The notes under the pieces were generated by a model, which ran no database searches, was not told the origin of the DNA, and saw only the letters and a list, made by a program, of their open reading frames with translations. DNA of 64,000 nucleotides from Escherichia coli (GTDB taxonomy: Bacteria; Pseudomonadota; Gammaproteobacteria; Enterobacterales; Enterobacteriaceae): the NCBI RefSeq assembly GCF_041248615.1, contig NZ_CP158426.1; one strand, given 5' to 3'. Position numbers and translations under genes: made by a program. Positions 9,375-19,574 of the stretch are shown here, piece by piece (positions within the stretch are counted from its first letter, which is position 1; every line of letters starts with the position of its first letter).

Positions 9375-10570
9375 GACTCCACCGTTATAACGATATTTTC
9401 CGGTGTACAGGACGCAGATTCGTTGTATCTGATATCAATGTTTGATGACGACAAAGCCCCCGGGGATTTCCCAATCGTCAGTTCCTGAATATCGTAATAG
9501 CGTGCATTCCCGCCACTCACCACGCCAAGATTCGCCGGTGAGTAAATGCGACTTAAAAGGACCGAATCACCAATCATCAGACTATTGATATAGTCGGAAA
9601 TAGCCTGCTGGATCTGCTGCCCTATCTGTGAGGTATAACCCGTAAAAACTTTTAATTTAATCCGGGCATAAACAGGTACATCACTGGAACGCGAGAATTT
9701 GATTACATGGGGATTGCCGTATTTATCCGGAACCGTAACGGATGTTGTACCGTGAGTGGCTGTCCCCTGGCCTTTATTCCCTCTAATAGCCTGAGCAATA
9801 TCCGTCACATCACCGCCATCCACAATTACAGCAACAGAGTGTGGCGGTAACCCGTTACCGTCCTCCGAACCAGTATCGTTTTCATAGAGTTTGTGGCGGG
9901 TTACACCGGTAACATTAGAAACAGCACCATCCAGTGCTTCAAATGGGGTTATTGATGGCAACGCAACACTTTGCGACTGGCGGATACGTAACTCCGCATC
10001 AGTTTCTGCTGGAGTGCCTACAGTAGCTGCAGCAGGATTGGTTACCGAAACCCAGCCACGGGTTGGCGTATTAATTTCAGTGATAGTTCCAGCCAGCGCC
10101 GCCACTGCACCACTGACGGAACATTTTGCGGTCACCATCACTGTACCATCCACGCCGACCACCACTGAAGCAGGCAAACGCCATATCACATTATTACCAT
10201 CTTTCACGCTGCCATTAATGATGGTTGTTCCGGCAGTTCCTGTAAGAAGCAAATCAACCGTAGAATTCGTCGCGCCTTTACGTGAAATACCATTTATTTT
10301 CACGTTACTGGTCAGCGCAGCCCCATAGCCGGTTGCCGGTGAAAAACAGTTGTAGACAGTTATCGCCATATTATTGGCATCATGAATCGCCAGCGCCATC
10401 AGAGCCACCATCTGGCCGTCTTTGCTGTCCGGTTCGAGGTAGGCATCACTGCCATAAATCTGCTGAAAATAGCTAATCAGGGTGCTGAGTATCGTCTGAT
10501 AATCAGGCGCACTGATCCCCTCCGCGGTTACCTTTGCAGATAAACCGAGAGAATCAAGGTTCAGAGCCAT
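9371..10570 (-). CDS. baseplate J-like protein
   Basis: 399-aa ORF in conserved W-J-I order of contractile-tail baseplate clusters. Confidence 0.7.
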   Translation of the reverse strand: MALNLDSLGLSAKVTAEGISAPDYQTILSTLISYFQQIYGSDAYLEPDSKDGQMVALMALAIHDANNMAITVYNCFSPATGYGAALTSNVKINGISRKGATNSTVDLLLTGTAGTTIINGSVKDGNNVIWRLPASVVVGVDGTVMVTAKCSVSGAVAALAGTITEINTPTRGWVSVTNPAAATVGTPAETDAELRIRQSQSVALPSITPFEALDGAVSNVTGVTRHKLYENDTGSEDGNGLPPHSVAVIVDGGDVTDIAQAIRGNKGQGTATHGTTSVTVPDKYGNPHVIKFSRSSDVPVYARIKLKVFTGYTSQIGQQIQQAISDYINSLMIGDSVLLSRIYSPANLGVVSGGNARYYDIQELTIGKSPGALSSSNIDIRYNESASCTPENIVITVES

Positions 10571-10923
10571 TACGCCTCCGATGTAACAGTCGTTATTCCA
10601 TAAAGAGTGTCGATTTCAGCGGAAAACATGACACGTCGGGTCGTGGTATCCACCGTCGTATTGAAAGAGAGGATTGATTTAACGCCCTGCGTTTCGAGGA
10701 TGCGTTTTCTGATCGCCAGGTTGTAAGTTTCCGGTTTTTGCCTGCCCAGCACGGACTGGATCCACGGAGTCCCCTCGGTGGTGTCGAGAAACCATTGCCC
10801 ATACCACAATTCGAATCGCGTTTTTACCGCCTGCGCCACGGCCTCCGGTGAGTTAATCAGCCAGGTGTCATCACCGCTGCCAAAGGTGTAATCGCCATCG
10901 GCGTCTTCACGTCTGTATCGCAT
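10570..10923 (-). CDS. baseplate wedge protein (GPW/gp25-like)
   Basis: 117 aa, tightly coupled between spike and J-like genes. Confidence 0.6.
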   Translation of the reverse strand: MRYRREDADGDYTFGSGDDTWLINSPEAVAQAVKTRFELWYGQWFLDTTEGTPWIQSVLGRQKPETYNLAIRKRILETQGVKSILSFNTTVDTTTRRVMFSAEIDTLYGITTVTSEA

Positions 10924-11675
10924 CAGTTTACTCCGTCGGTATTGCTTCCACCGCGCTGAACACCACCATGAGTGTGCGTATCATCGATTGGCTTGCCGTT
11001 AGCCTTCACGCTACCCAAAAACTCAACAGCACCAGTGATTTTTGAAGCCACACCAGAAACAACAGACCCCACCATGCCACCCATCCAGGTTAACAGGCCA
11101 TGAATGGTTACTTTCTCAGAAAAATCAGCCAGAGGAGCAACCACATCAAGACCACCCGGAGCGACAATTTTAATTTTCCTGGTGTCAGGATTAAGCTCAA
11201 AATAGGTGCTGCCGTCGTCACTACGCAACTGTGTGGCACTGGTATTAATACCGCTAATCTTCCTCGCCTGCGACTGGGGACCGACAATACAAAACGCATC
11301 CGATAAATCATGCATTCTGTCATCGACCGGCTCCTGTATCCCGCCACTCTGCCACCAGAAATCAATACAACGATCGGCAAAAACGACAAGACACTCATCC
11401 CCGGCTTTTACCGGAAAAGTCAACGTACAGCCTCCGCCGCGCGGGAATACCACTGGTACATCCACCAGCAATGGGTAATTTTGGGTAATGCGGTTGCCGT
11501 CATTATCCTTTTCAACCGAACGGATAGCAGGCTGCACAACTGCCGTCACCGCATCAGGATCGAATGACTGAATAATGCCAGGCAAGGCGACACGGATCTG
11601 GTTCTTTGTTGTTTCCCGTTCAGATTTGAATGTTTCGGCAAGGTCGCCGCTGCGGGTCTGGTCAGATACTGCCAT
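10923..11675 (-). CDS. baseplate spike/assembly protein V-like
   Basis: 250 aa, Gly-rich C-terminus, precedes the W-like gene. Confidence 0.6.
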   Translation of the reverse strand: MAVSDQTRSGDLAETFKSERETTKNQIRVALPGIIQSFDPDAVTAVVQPAIRSVEKDNDGNRITQNYPLLVDVPVVFPRGGGCTLTFPVKAGDECLVVFADRCIDFWWQSGGIQEPVDDRMHDLSDAFCIVGPQSQARKISGINTSATQLRSDDGSTYFELNPDTRKIKIVAPGGLDVVAPLADFSEKVTIHGLLTWMGGMVGSVVSGVASKITGAVEFLGSVKANGKPIDDTHTHGGVQRGGSNTDGVN

Positions 11676-11694
11676 TTAGTAGGCTCCAGAAAGC

Positions 11695-11720
11695 AAAAAA
11701 CCCGCCATCCGGCGGGTTTT
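11695..11720 (-). terminator. rho-independent terminator downstream of the lipoprotein gene
   Basis: Stem CCCGCC/GGCGGG with loop ATCC, flanked by A6 on one side and T4 on the other (T6 on the reverse strand). Confidence 0.6.
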
Positions 11721-11740
11721 ATGTGACTAATTTGATCTTT

Positions 11741-12466
11741 TCAGTTTATAAGCCCCATCTTACCGGCGCTTCGATAGTTAATTACATCGCCTGAAGAGCC
11801 GCAAGGCACAGCTACAGTCGACATTTTGACAAATCCTTTACCGCCCTGCTTTTGGCATAAAGTGGCATGCATTTTTGCTAAACGCGCAGCATGACCAAAA
11901 TCAATTTTGGTTCCGTAAGTTGAATCTCGTAGAGCTGCTTTTTTTGCAATTCCAGTAATATTTTTGTCTTTAATTACAGATGCAAACAAACTCAAATCAT
12001 TTCCAATTTGATTGAAGCAAGTACGATTAATATCAACATCGGCATACGCTGAAATGCGTTTGCAATCTGAGATCTGAGAAAGCACAGATGTGTTAACCAG
12101 TTGCAAATTTAATTTGTAGTCACCGACATAGGTATAAACTTTGTTAGGGTCCGTGGTTCCCGGATAACGAGTTACGAATGGAATGCTGTTGTACGCATCT
12201 CGCAAAGATTCTGCACCCTTACTTTTAAGCTCGTTCCCAACACCAGCAACGATAACCTCTGGATGTGAAACTTCAAATTGAGACTTTTCTTCGCGCTGTA
12301 TTTGAAGCCTGCTTTTCTGGCTCTCCTCAACTTGCTTATCGTACGCTTGTTTTTCTTCATTTTTTTGGGATAGCCATTTTTCCTGCGCTTTAGCACCATT
12401 AGGATCCCAACTACATGAAGTTAAAAAAAGAGAAAATACGATTGTGGTTATCGCAAGCCTGCTCAC
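11741..12466 (-). CDS. predicted lipoprotein of unknown function, inserted within the baseplate gene cluster
   Basis: Signal peptide with lipobox MSRLAITTIVFSLFLTSC; E/K/Q-rich coiled-coil-like segment then Cys-containing C-terminal domain; AT-rich relative to neighbours; own terminator. Confidence 0.6.
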   Translation of the reverse strand: MSRLAITTIVFSLFLTSCSWDPNGAKAQEKWLSQKNEEKQAYDKQVEESQKSRLQIQREEKSQFEVSHPEVIVAGVGNELKSKGAESLRDAYNSIPFVTRYPGTTDPNKVYTYVGDYKLNLQLVNTSVLSQISDCKRISAYADVDINRTCFNQIGNDLSLFASVIKDKNITGIAKKAALRDSTYGTKIDFGHAARLAKMHATLCQKQGGKGFVKMSTVAVPCGSSGDVINYRSAGKMGLIN

Positions 12467-12468
12467 TA

Positions 12469-13533
12469 TTATGCACCTCGATTCATCGCTGACTGGCTAG
12501 GAATATCACTAGCACCTCGAGCAAAGCACATCATATCCATGTACCACGCCTGGCCCCTTGTGTCGCCAGTGTACATAATCCCGCGCACAATATAAACGCC
12601 ATCCGTTGCGATGCTGGCAGGTTGTGCTGTGGTGCCGCTGAGTGTGATATTTCCGTCCGTGTTCTGGTCGGTGATCTGCCCACCAGCCATCGCAATATCA
12701 TTGTTCGACAGCGCGGTGCGGTACACGGAAGCCTGATCCAGCTGAATAAGCCCGTTAACCCGGATGTTCGGATTAATAAGCGCGCGGACGTTTACGCCGT
12801 TACCGATAGTCTGCTGCGGCATGCCAATAAGCCCGGTAGCGCTGTTGAGCACAATCGCTTCATGAACATATTCGTTATTCGCCACCATCTGGCGCTGACC
12901 GTCCACGAATTGCCATGTTGCGCCACATTGCCCGGCTACGTTATCCATTAGATGCCGCGTCATGCCAAAGAGCACCCGCCCCCGGGGGAATACAGTAGCA
13001 GGCATTTCAGGCGTCAGGCCTTCGGTCGCACCTTTGGCTTCGAAGTCTTTCATCAGCGCACGGTTCACATCAGCGACCGTGTAACCGGCAGCCAGCGTCT
13101 GTGAGGTTATACTGGTGGCAAAAGCCAGATCAGTATCTGCTGCCTGAATCAGGACGTAGGAATCAACCGGACTGTCTTTTCCTGTGACCGAGTAGCGAAT
13201 TTCACCGCTGAAAATCAGTCCGTAGTTGCGGCCATCTCTCTGGCCCACGTCCGCCGCGTCAACTTCCCGCACGGTCCCTACGTCGCTTGCTGACACCTCC
13301 GGCGCGATACCGTCGTAACCGGCAATCAGACGCACTTTCGAAAATTCCTGCCCGGTGATTCGGTTCACAGTATCTGCCGAGAGGTTATAAATTTTGATAG
13401 TCCCTACCCGGGACGCGCTGCTGATGTTGAACCAGTCGATCGTAAAGGTGACTTTGAAATCACTTAGCTCAATTCCCTGACCGTTCCCGTCCACAAGCTG
13501 CAGCTCGAAATGTCTCATCCAGTTCTGTGACAT
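12469..13533 (-). CDS. tail/baseplate structural protein (hub-like by position)
   Basis: 354-aa ORF between tape-measure-proximal genes and the spike gene. Confidence 0.45.
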   Translation of the reverse strand: MSQNWMRHFELQLVDGNGQGIELSDFKVTFTIDWFNISSASRVGTIKIYNLSADTVNRITGQEFSKVRLIAGYDGIAPEVSASDVGTVREVDAADVGQRDGRNYGLIFSGEIRYSVTGKDSPVDSYVLIQAADTDLAFATSITSQTLAAGYTVADVNRALMKDFEAKGATEGLTPEMPATVFPRGRVLFGMTRHLMDNVAGQCGATWQFVDGQRQMVANNEYVHEAIVLNSATGLIGMPQQTIGNGVNVRALINPNIRVNGLIQLDQASVYRTALSNNDIAMAGGQITDQNTDGNITLSGTTAQPASIATDGVYIVRGIMYTGDTRGQAWYMDMMCFARGASDIPSQSAMNRGA

Positions 13534-13535
13534 GC

Positions 13536-13838
13536 TTACTCCGTTGATACCAGTAAATGACTGAGGCCGCCCAGATCAGTTTTCGTGGGATAATCCTGTG
13601 TGTTGTCATCGCAGACCACCACCAGCTTAAAACCAAGTCCCATACAGGCGTACTGCGCCAGCAGGTCAGCACCAGTGACGAGAGGAATACCGGAGATTAC
13701 CGGCTCCCCTCTGTCGTTCTGCAGGTCCATAATCCAGTACAGATCGCGCCATATGATGCTAATCCGCCAGGTAACACCACCCAGGACGATGCTGAACTGC
13801 TGGTTGTCCGCTGTCAGCGGAATTTCCTGAATTGTCAT
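13536..13838 (-). CDS. tail protein, small
   Basis: 100-aa ORF translationally coupled to neighbours in the tail cluster. Confidence 0.4.
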   Translation of the reverse strand: MTIQEIPLTADNQQFSIVLGGVTWRISIIWRDLYWIMDLQNDRGEPVISGIPLVTGADLLAQYACMGLGFKLVVVCDDNTQDYPTKTDLGGLSHLLVSTE

Positions 13839-14425
13839 TAGCCGCCCCCCAGTAATGACGCCACGTTACCCGTGATGCTTTTCAGCAGTGAAGTATCTGG
13901 AGGCTTTGTGGTTTTGTTGCCGCTATTCTGTACCGCCGACGTGCTGGCCCCTTCCTTCATGTTGGTTTTATCCGCGACGGTAATCTGCTGTGTCCGGGAG
14001 ATAAGGACCTCCCTCAGGGTGAGGACGGCGGACAGGACGTTTTCGGTTGTCTTGTCCGTCGTCACTTCCAGCGCCCGGATCAACATGTTGCTGTACAGTC
14101 GTTTACCGGTTACCACATCGAAGGGGATACGGCTTTCCTGCAGATCCAGTAGCTCCTGATACGTCTGCTGAGGACTCAGGCCGAGCAGGCTGGTAGCCGT
14201 CAGATTACTGGCAAAATCCAGCAATGCGCCGCCACCGGCGAAACCAACCTCCATCACCACTTCTGACGGTTTTTTATAGGCATGATCAGCGACAGCGGCC
14301 CCAACCTCTACCGGATGCTCTGTTATTTCAAGCATATCTGTATGCTTCTCTGAAATAACAACACTGGGAACAATCATTCCTATTTTTCTGCTCTGCTGAT
14401 GAAAAAGTGTAGAGAGAATATCCAC
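13838..14425 (-). CDS. tail protein of unknown function
   Basis: 195-aa ORF immediately after the tape measure gene, coupled stop/start. Confidence 0.4.
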   Translation of the reverse strand: MDILSTLFHQQSRKIGMIVPSVVISEKHTDMLEITEHPVEVGAAVADHAYKKPSEVVMEVGFAGGGALLDFASNLTATSLLGLSPQQTYQELLDLQESRIPFDVVTGKRLYSNMLIRALEVTTDKTTENVLSAVLTLREVLISRTQQITVADKTNMKEGASTSAVQNSGNKTTKPPDTSLLKSITGNVASLLGGG

Positions 14426-16413
14426 TAACCCACCCTCACCTGATTACTTCGCATGACCTGAGCATTTGCAGACTGTTGCCGACGTGCAACCTCATTACCG
14501 ACAGCGTGCGGATCTCCGCCACCGTAAATGTGGTAGGTATTTTGCTGGTTAACCTCTGTCACTTTGCCACTAATTCCCGCCACGGCAGCCTTATTAATCA
14601 GCTCTCGAGAATAGATATTTCTTCCATTCTCATGCTGGATAATGCTGCTCATCAATGCTGACATGGTTTGCGGATCGCTCATATTCAGGGCAGCCCGGGG
14701 ATCCACTCCCAGTCGTTGCGATACAGCCCTGATATACGCAGTTGTGTTGTTATTATCAGACGCAGGTGCCCAGGTAGAGATAATTTTCTCCACACTGTTT
14801 ATTCCCCGTCCGGCGTACAGCATTAACTGACGAGCAAGAGCCCGTAATCCATCAAAGGCAGTTTCAAATCTGGCAAATCGCCCGCCCGGGCGTTCAAGAG
14901 AAGCCCCTGCCTGACCAGCAAAATTAAGGTTTCCCGGATTGTTATTCCGTTCTCCTCGTTTCGTAGCCTGTGCATGTTGTTCCGGCTCATCATCACCAAA
15001 CCAGCCGCGTACCGTCCGGCCCACACTGCGGGGATCAAATCCCCAGTGCTCTTTAATCCAGTCGGCAGTACTGTTAGCGCTGTCTGTAACCATCGGCATC
15101 GCTGACGGATTTTCGCTGCCCTGATTAAGTATCTGTTTGCCGATGCTGACGGCATCAGCCCAGCGGCCATCTTTGATAGCGTTGAGCAGGTCGGCGATCA
15201 TGTTCAGCATTTTGCTGAATTCGCCCATCTGGTCGATGAAGTTGCTGAAATCCCACTTCAGGGACCATGATTTGGGGTCAATATTGAGCAGTTTCGCCAG
15301 CGCTTTCACCAGGTCGTTAACGGTCGTTTTAAGGTCACGAACCATCTTCAGCGCGGCATCAACCTCCGGTTTCCACTTGCCCCAGTCAATCAGGCTGTCG
15401 CCGCCTTCCTTCCAGGTCTGATAGTCCTCCCACAGGAGGGCAATCCCCGCCGCCAGCGCGGTAATGAGGCCAATCGGCGACATCCAGAACGTACTGTTCA
15501 GAATGCGCAGCGCAATCGTCAGTGCGCCAAACAGCGAGATCAACTCCCGCGTTTGCTTATCCAGCGATTGCCACCAGGTGATGAGGCCTGATGTCCCCTC
15601 AATCAGTCTGAAGAACAGCCGCCCGATAATATCCCCGAGCGCCAGAATGCCTTTTATGGCTTTCGTCAGGGTCTGCTCGATACGCGGGAAGTTGTCCAGG
15701 ATATGGCGGCGCAGTGTGTCCAGCGAACCCGCAAGCCCACCCGCAAGATTAGAGCCGATTTTGTCACGGGCCATGCCTGCCATCGCGCCAAACTCACGCA
15801 GGGAGGTCATAAATTTGTTGGAGCTTCTGGCCGCCTCGTCAGCATTGAAGCCGATAGCTTTCGCCATTGCGCTGTACTGCCCGGAGAAGCCACCCACACC
15901 GCGACGCATAGCCAACAGGGTATTTTCGTCAATGCCCAGCATCTGCGCATACTGGTTAGCACGGTAATACGGCATGTCGCTGAGCTTCTGGCCTACCCCT
16001 GTAAAAATAGCGGCCATGTCACGCATGTTACCGCTGGCATCCCGTGTCTGTACCCCCAGACGATTCAGAAATCCCTCCGCCCCGGGATTATTACGAATAA
16101 ACCGGGAGAGGTTTTCCAGAGAAGATCGCGCAGCGTCCACGCTGCCGCCAACCTGCGAAACCGCATAGCCAATAGACTGAATTCCCTGGACTGTCGCGCC
16201 GGTGCGCTGTGACGCCCAGTAAAGATTATCCAGGCCGGAGGCGATCTTAGCCGTGAAGGCCACCACGGACAGCGCCGCTCCTTCGACGGCCAGCCCCATT
16301 TTGATGACATTTGCAGTTGTACCGGCGAGGACAGAACCGAATTTTTTCGCTCCTGCATCATCCACACTGAAGCCAAGCGAGACAAGGAAATCTTTAATAG
16401 TCTCGGCGTTCAT
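14425..16413 (-). CDS. tail tape measure protein
   Basis: Long Ala/Gly/Leu-rich protein following the chaperone gene; start MNAETIKDF with RBS GGAGAGAGG. Confidence 0.7.
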   Translation of the reverse strand: MNAETIKDFLVSLGFSVDDAGAKKFGSVLAGTTANVIKMGLAVEGAALSVVAFTAKIASGLDNLYWASQRTGATVQGIQSIGYAVSQVGGSVDAARSSLENLSRFIRNNPGAEGFLNRLGVQTRDASGNMRDMAAIFTGVGQKLSDMPYYRANQYAQMLGIDENTLLAMRRGVGGFSGQYSAMAKAIGFNADEAARSSNKFMTSLREFGAMAGMARDKIGSNLAGGLAGSLDTLRRHILDNFPRIEQTLTKAIKGILALGDIIGRLFFRLIEGTSGLITWWQSLDKQTRELISLFGALTIALRILNSTFWMSPIGLITALAAGIALLWEDYQTWKEGGDSLIDWGKWKPEVDAALKMVRDLKTTVNDLVKALAKLLNIDPKSWSLKWDFSNFIDQMGEFSKMLNMIADLLNAIKDGRWADAVSIGKQILNQGSENPSAMPMVTDSANSTADWIKEHWGFDPRSVGRTVRGWFGDDEPEQHAQATKRGERNNNPGNLNFAGQAGASLERPGGRFARFETAFDGLRALARQLMLYAGRGINSVEKIISTWAPASDNNNTTAYIRAVSQRLGVDPRAALNMSDPQTMSALMSSIIQHENGRNIYSRELINKAAVAGISGKVTEVNQQNTYHIYGGGDPHAVGNEVARRQQSANAQVMRSNQVRVG

Positions 16414-17043
16414 TATCCTCTCTCCATTTCTCAATGCGCCGCTGGTTATCCGCTTTTACCGCCAGATGGTCATTCAAGAGAGCAATGTCGTACAAATCGA
16501 CAGAGCCATCTTTAAGTGCTGTATAAGGAATTAACCCGGCGTCAACCGGATTGAGAAGGTAGGACAGCCCGTCCGGCAGGCTGTTAAACGTCAGCCCTGT
16601 TGCAGGCTCTGCGTCGTGCTGGTAAGGGGTGTAGGCAAAAAATTTCCCAGCGAATCGGCGACCACCCGCGCCACCAGCTGCAGCATGACCAGCAGGTCAA
16701 TATCATCAAACATCAGTTCGCCCTGGGTAAATACCGGCACCCATCCGTCCATATGACGCCGCGATACCACCGCAAGACAGGGATGAATAATCGCATCGGT
16801 GTCATCTTCGGTCAGGGAAGACAGTTCCTCAGCGATACGCGGGAGCATGGTTTCAAACACCGGTTTTAACTGCTCGAATTTCACGGTGTCGATTTTGCCG
16901 TCAGCAGGCAAACGGGAGCGAATGCTCCCGAAATCTGACATCATTCCCGCCAGTACCGGCAGAAGTTTGCGGGTCACTTTCAGCTGGTCAAAAACGCTGA
17001 GTTTTGCCACGCGATATTTCACGCCTTTGATTTCGAATTCCAT
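16394..17043 (-). CDS. tail assembly chaperone, predicted -1 frameshift fusion product (long form)
   Basis: From the slippery site (about 16639..16645) the -1 frame stays open for ~80 codons to a TAA at 16394..16396 overlapping the tape measure start. Confidence 0.5.
16591..17043 (-). CDS. tail assembly chaperone (short form)
   Basis: 150 aa, between tube and tape measure genes; contains slippery heptamer A_AAT_TTT near its 3' end. Confidence 0.55.
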   Translation of the reverse strand: MEFEIKGVKYRVAKLSVFDQLKVTRKLLPVLAGMMSDFGSIRSRLPADGKIDTVKFEQLKPVFETMLPRIAEELSSLTEDDTDAIIHPCLAVVSRRHMDGWVPVFTQGELMFDDIDLLVMLQLVARVVADSLGNFLPTPLTSTTQSLQQG

Positions 17044-17046
17044 GTA

Positions 17047-17487
17047 TTAAAACTCCCCGAGAACCTGGTCAATCTTGCCGCAGTCAAACACCCACGGCAT
17101 CGTATTACCGGTTTTAGCGTTGGCATTATCCGGTTGTTTCTGGAACGCAACACTGCGTGCCGTGATGATGTCGCCGCTGACCTTGTTGCGGATCACGATA
17201 ACGTTATTCCCCCATGTGGCAGAAGACTGGCTCTGTGCGTTATACGCCAGCGACAATTTTTTATTTGTCGGTGATGTCTTCAGAAGGTTAACGGTAATCG
17301 TCCCGCTTTTATCTGCATGGAGGCTGTGCATCACTTCACCATCAGCACCGATGGTCATGGTGTTTTTAGGACCGCCCATCGCAACCACAATCCCCTCTTC
17401 AGAACTTGCAGAACCGTACCCGAGGTCAATCGAACCGGTCGGGCCGGTCAGCGTCGCAGTGACATCCATAAAAGAATAGGTAGACAT
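17047..17487 (-). CDS. tail tube protein
   Basis: 146 aa directly downstream of the sheath gene. Confidence 0.6.
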   Translation of the reverse strand: MSTYSFMDVTATLTGPTGSIDLGYGSASSEEGIVVAMGGPKNTMTIGADGEVMHSLHADKSGTITVNLLKTSPTNKKLSLAYNAQSQSSATWGNNVIVIRNKVSGDIITARSVAFQKQPDNANAKTGNTMPWVFDCGKIDQVLGEF

Positions 17488-17497
17488 TCACTTCCCC

Positions 17498-18643
17498 TTA
17501 GCGAACAACGTTAATCTGTACGTCAGCGTAATGAACCGCGCCTGCAAGTTTTATTGCAGCCTGAATCACCGGAGCCTTACGGGCTTCACGTTCTGATTGT
17601 GCCTGTTCATCCAGCGGCTGGGCGTATACGTAATAACCTTTGGGCAGTGTGTCACCTGATGACAACTGACCAAGGTCGCCCCCGTTCCATACGCCCGGAG
17701 CAATCAGTCCATTCTGAACGGCCTGATCCAGTGATTTTTCAACATTTGATAACAGTCGGGTAATACCAGCTTCAGTCTGGGGAACTTTCGTGGTGCTGGT
17801 ATAAAGCAGGTTATAGAGGTTGGTCTGCACATAATTCTGTAACCAGTCCAGGCCGTGGCGTTCATCAAAGAAATCGCCGTTAGCCATCACTCCCTGCTGG
17901 AGGATAGCCGTATCATTCTGGTAGTACACGAATACATTGCAGTTTTTTGCATCAAGTGCCGATGCCTGGCTGACTGTCAGTGTTTCATACCCGACACCCG
18001 GCTCCTGCTTAAACTTGAGCGTAATCGCGGTATTACTGCCATTGAAATTAACCGTGAATACCCGGCCAAATGCAGATAACGCAGCGTATTTATTACCCGA
18101 TGAATACTGAATAAAACTGCGTGAATATCCGGCGGTTTTCAGTTTTGATGCCAAATCATCGCTGGATGCAGTCTGCAGGCATTTATCATCGCTTGTCGTA
18201 ATCGCCAGAATACGGCTTACAGAAGAGGATTCGATCGCCGCAGCCACTTTCAGCCAGTCTGCATCCGGAATATCTTCATCGTCTGCAATCCCCAGCCCAT
18301 ACCATGAAGTATAATCGAGCATGGCATTCACAGCCTGCTCCAGCGTCTCAGGCGTGGCCTGTTCGCTGTCACCCTTCGTTTTCACCCAACGACCAACAAA
18401 AACCTCCTGAGGTTTCGGTGATTGTGAGAAAAACACCTGCGCAGCCTTATATTCTGGTGATTCCACGCCAAAATCTTTTCCAATATCTTCCGCGGCAGAA
18501 TAACGGCGAATGCGCTCACTTACCGGAATGATTGTGGACGGGCCGAGAATGAGTAATGCACCAAAATTTCGCCCTGATGCTGCACGCGGCGACATGATCA
18601 CATCAACATTAACAACGTTTGATACAGGCAAGCCCTGTGCCAT
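17498..18643 (-). CDS. contractile tail sheath protein
   Basis: 381 aa, position and size typical of short sheath proteins; precedes the tube gene. Confidence 0.65.
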   Translation of the reverse strand: MAQGLPVSNVVNVDVIMSPRAASGRNFGALLILGPSTIIPVSERIRRYSAAEDIGKDFGVESPEYKAAQVFFSQSPKPQEVFVGRWVKTKGDSEQATPETLEQAVNAMLDYTSWYGLGIADDEDIPDADWLKVAAAIESSSVSRILAITTSDDKCLQTASSDDLASKLKTAGYSRSFIQYSSGNKYAALSAFGRVFTVNFNGSNTAITLKFKQEPGVGYETLTVSQASALDAKNCNVFVYYQNDTAILQQGVMANGDFFDERHGLDWLQNYVQTNLYNLLYTSTTKVPQTEAGITRLLSNVEKSLDQAVQNGLIAPGVWNGGDLGQLSSGDTLPKGYYVYAQPLDEQAQSEREARKAPVIQAAIKLAGAVHYADVQINVVR

Positions 18644-18646
18644 AGC

Positions 18647-19210
18647 TTAATCTCCGAAAAAGATGACTGGTGCTTCCACCAGCGATTTAATACCGTACTC
18701 GCGCACAACCTTCCGGCGCAGGCGCACCGTCATATCGTAGCGGCGGACCCATTGCTGATTAATAAGTTCAGGGAAGGGGGTCAGACCTGTGTAATCGCCA
18801 AGAGACAGCCCCAGCGCATTCAGTGCTGCATTGTTCTGCGGTACAGATATACCGTCACGAAACCGGGACGCATACACCATCCCCGCCGGACCATAAAACG
18901 AAGCCATACACTCAATCGTTTCATGCCGCCAGAGCTTAGAGCCATCATCGGTCTGTCTGGTGAATGCCGGACTGTCATCACCTGACCATCCGATAACCCC
19001 AAGCGCACACCAGTTCGTTTCAGCCGGTAGCAGTGGCGGCTGCTCTTTCTGCCAGCGCGGGCGAACCATCCCGGCAGACAGACCGGAAACGTTACGCATC
19101 CACTGGCTTAACAGCCTGTCGAGCGCTTCGTCATAATCCGGATCGCCACTGGTTGGTATCAGCCATCCGCGCTCTGTACTGGTGTTATTGCTCAACCGGA
19201 ATTCCCCCAT
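18647..19210 (-). CDS. tail/neck protein of unknown function
   Basis: ORF between head-completion genes and sheath; start re-assigned to internal ATG (MGEFRL...). Confidence 0.4.
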   Translation of the reverse strand: MGEFRLSNNTSTERGWLIPTSGDPDYDEALDRLLSQWMRNVSGLSAGMVRPRWQKEQPPLLPAETNWCALGVIGWSGDDSPAFTRQTDDGSKLWRHETIECMASFYGPAGMVYASRFRDGISVPQNNAALNALGLSLGDYTGLTPFPELINQQWVRRYDMTVRLRRKVVREYGIKSLVEAPVIFFGD

Positions 19211-19574
19211 CAAACGGCAGCAACTCACAATGCGCCTGAACGAATCCGGCACCATAAGCTGTATACGGGTCGACGAAGGTCACACGATAATCACGGCCCT
19301 GATACGTCACGATATCGGCATCACGGCCAGTCTGTCCCTGCGTCAGTCGCTCAGTCGTCACAATCAGAATTGCACCGCTGATTACCTGCCCTGCCTGCAT
19401 ACGGCGGTTTTCCAGAGAGCGATCAACAGTTACGACTCCGGCAAACTGCTTTTTAACTTCGCTGTCGCTGCCGATCCCGTCCTCATCCACCGTTTGCACT
19501 CGGCGTGTTACCCACAAATTGAAGTCGCAAAAATCGGGGTCAAAAAGCACATCTGTTACATCAAGAGTCGGCAT
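19185..19574 (-). CDS. head-tail joining protein (hypothetical)
   Basis: 129-aa ORF in the head-to-tail cluster. Confidence 0.4.
   Translation of the reverse strand: MPTLDVTDVLFDPDFCDFNLWVTRRVQTVDEDGIGSDSEVKKQFAGVVTVDRSLENRRMQAGQVISGAILIVTTERLTQGQTGRDADIVTYQGRDYRVTFVDPYTAYGAGFVQAHCELLPFDGGIPVEQ

Noticed and set aside
9891-10328. Forward-strand ORFs antisense to virion genes (for example 9891..10328, 15464..16212, 22170..23227, 25835..26237)
   Set aside because: All lie within long reverse-strand structural genes that have coupled starts and stops and sensible products; treated as shadow ORFs.
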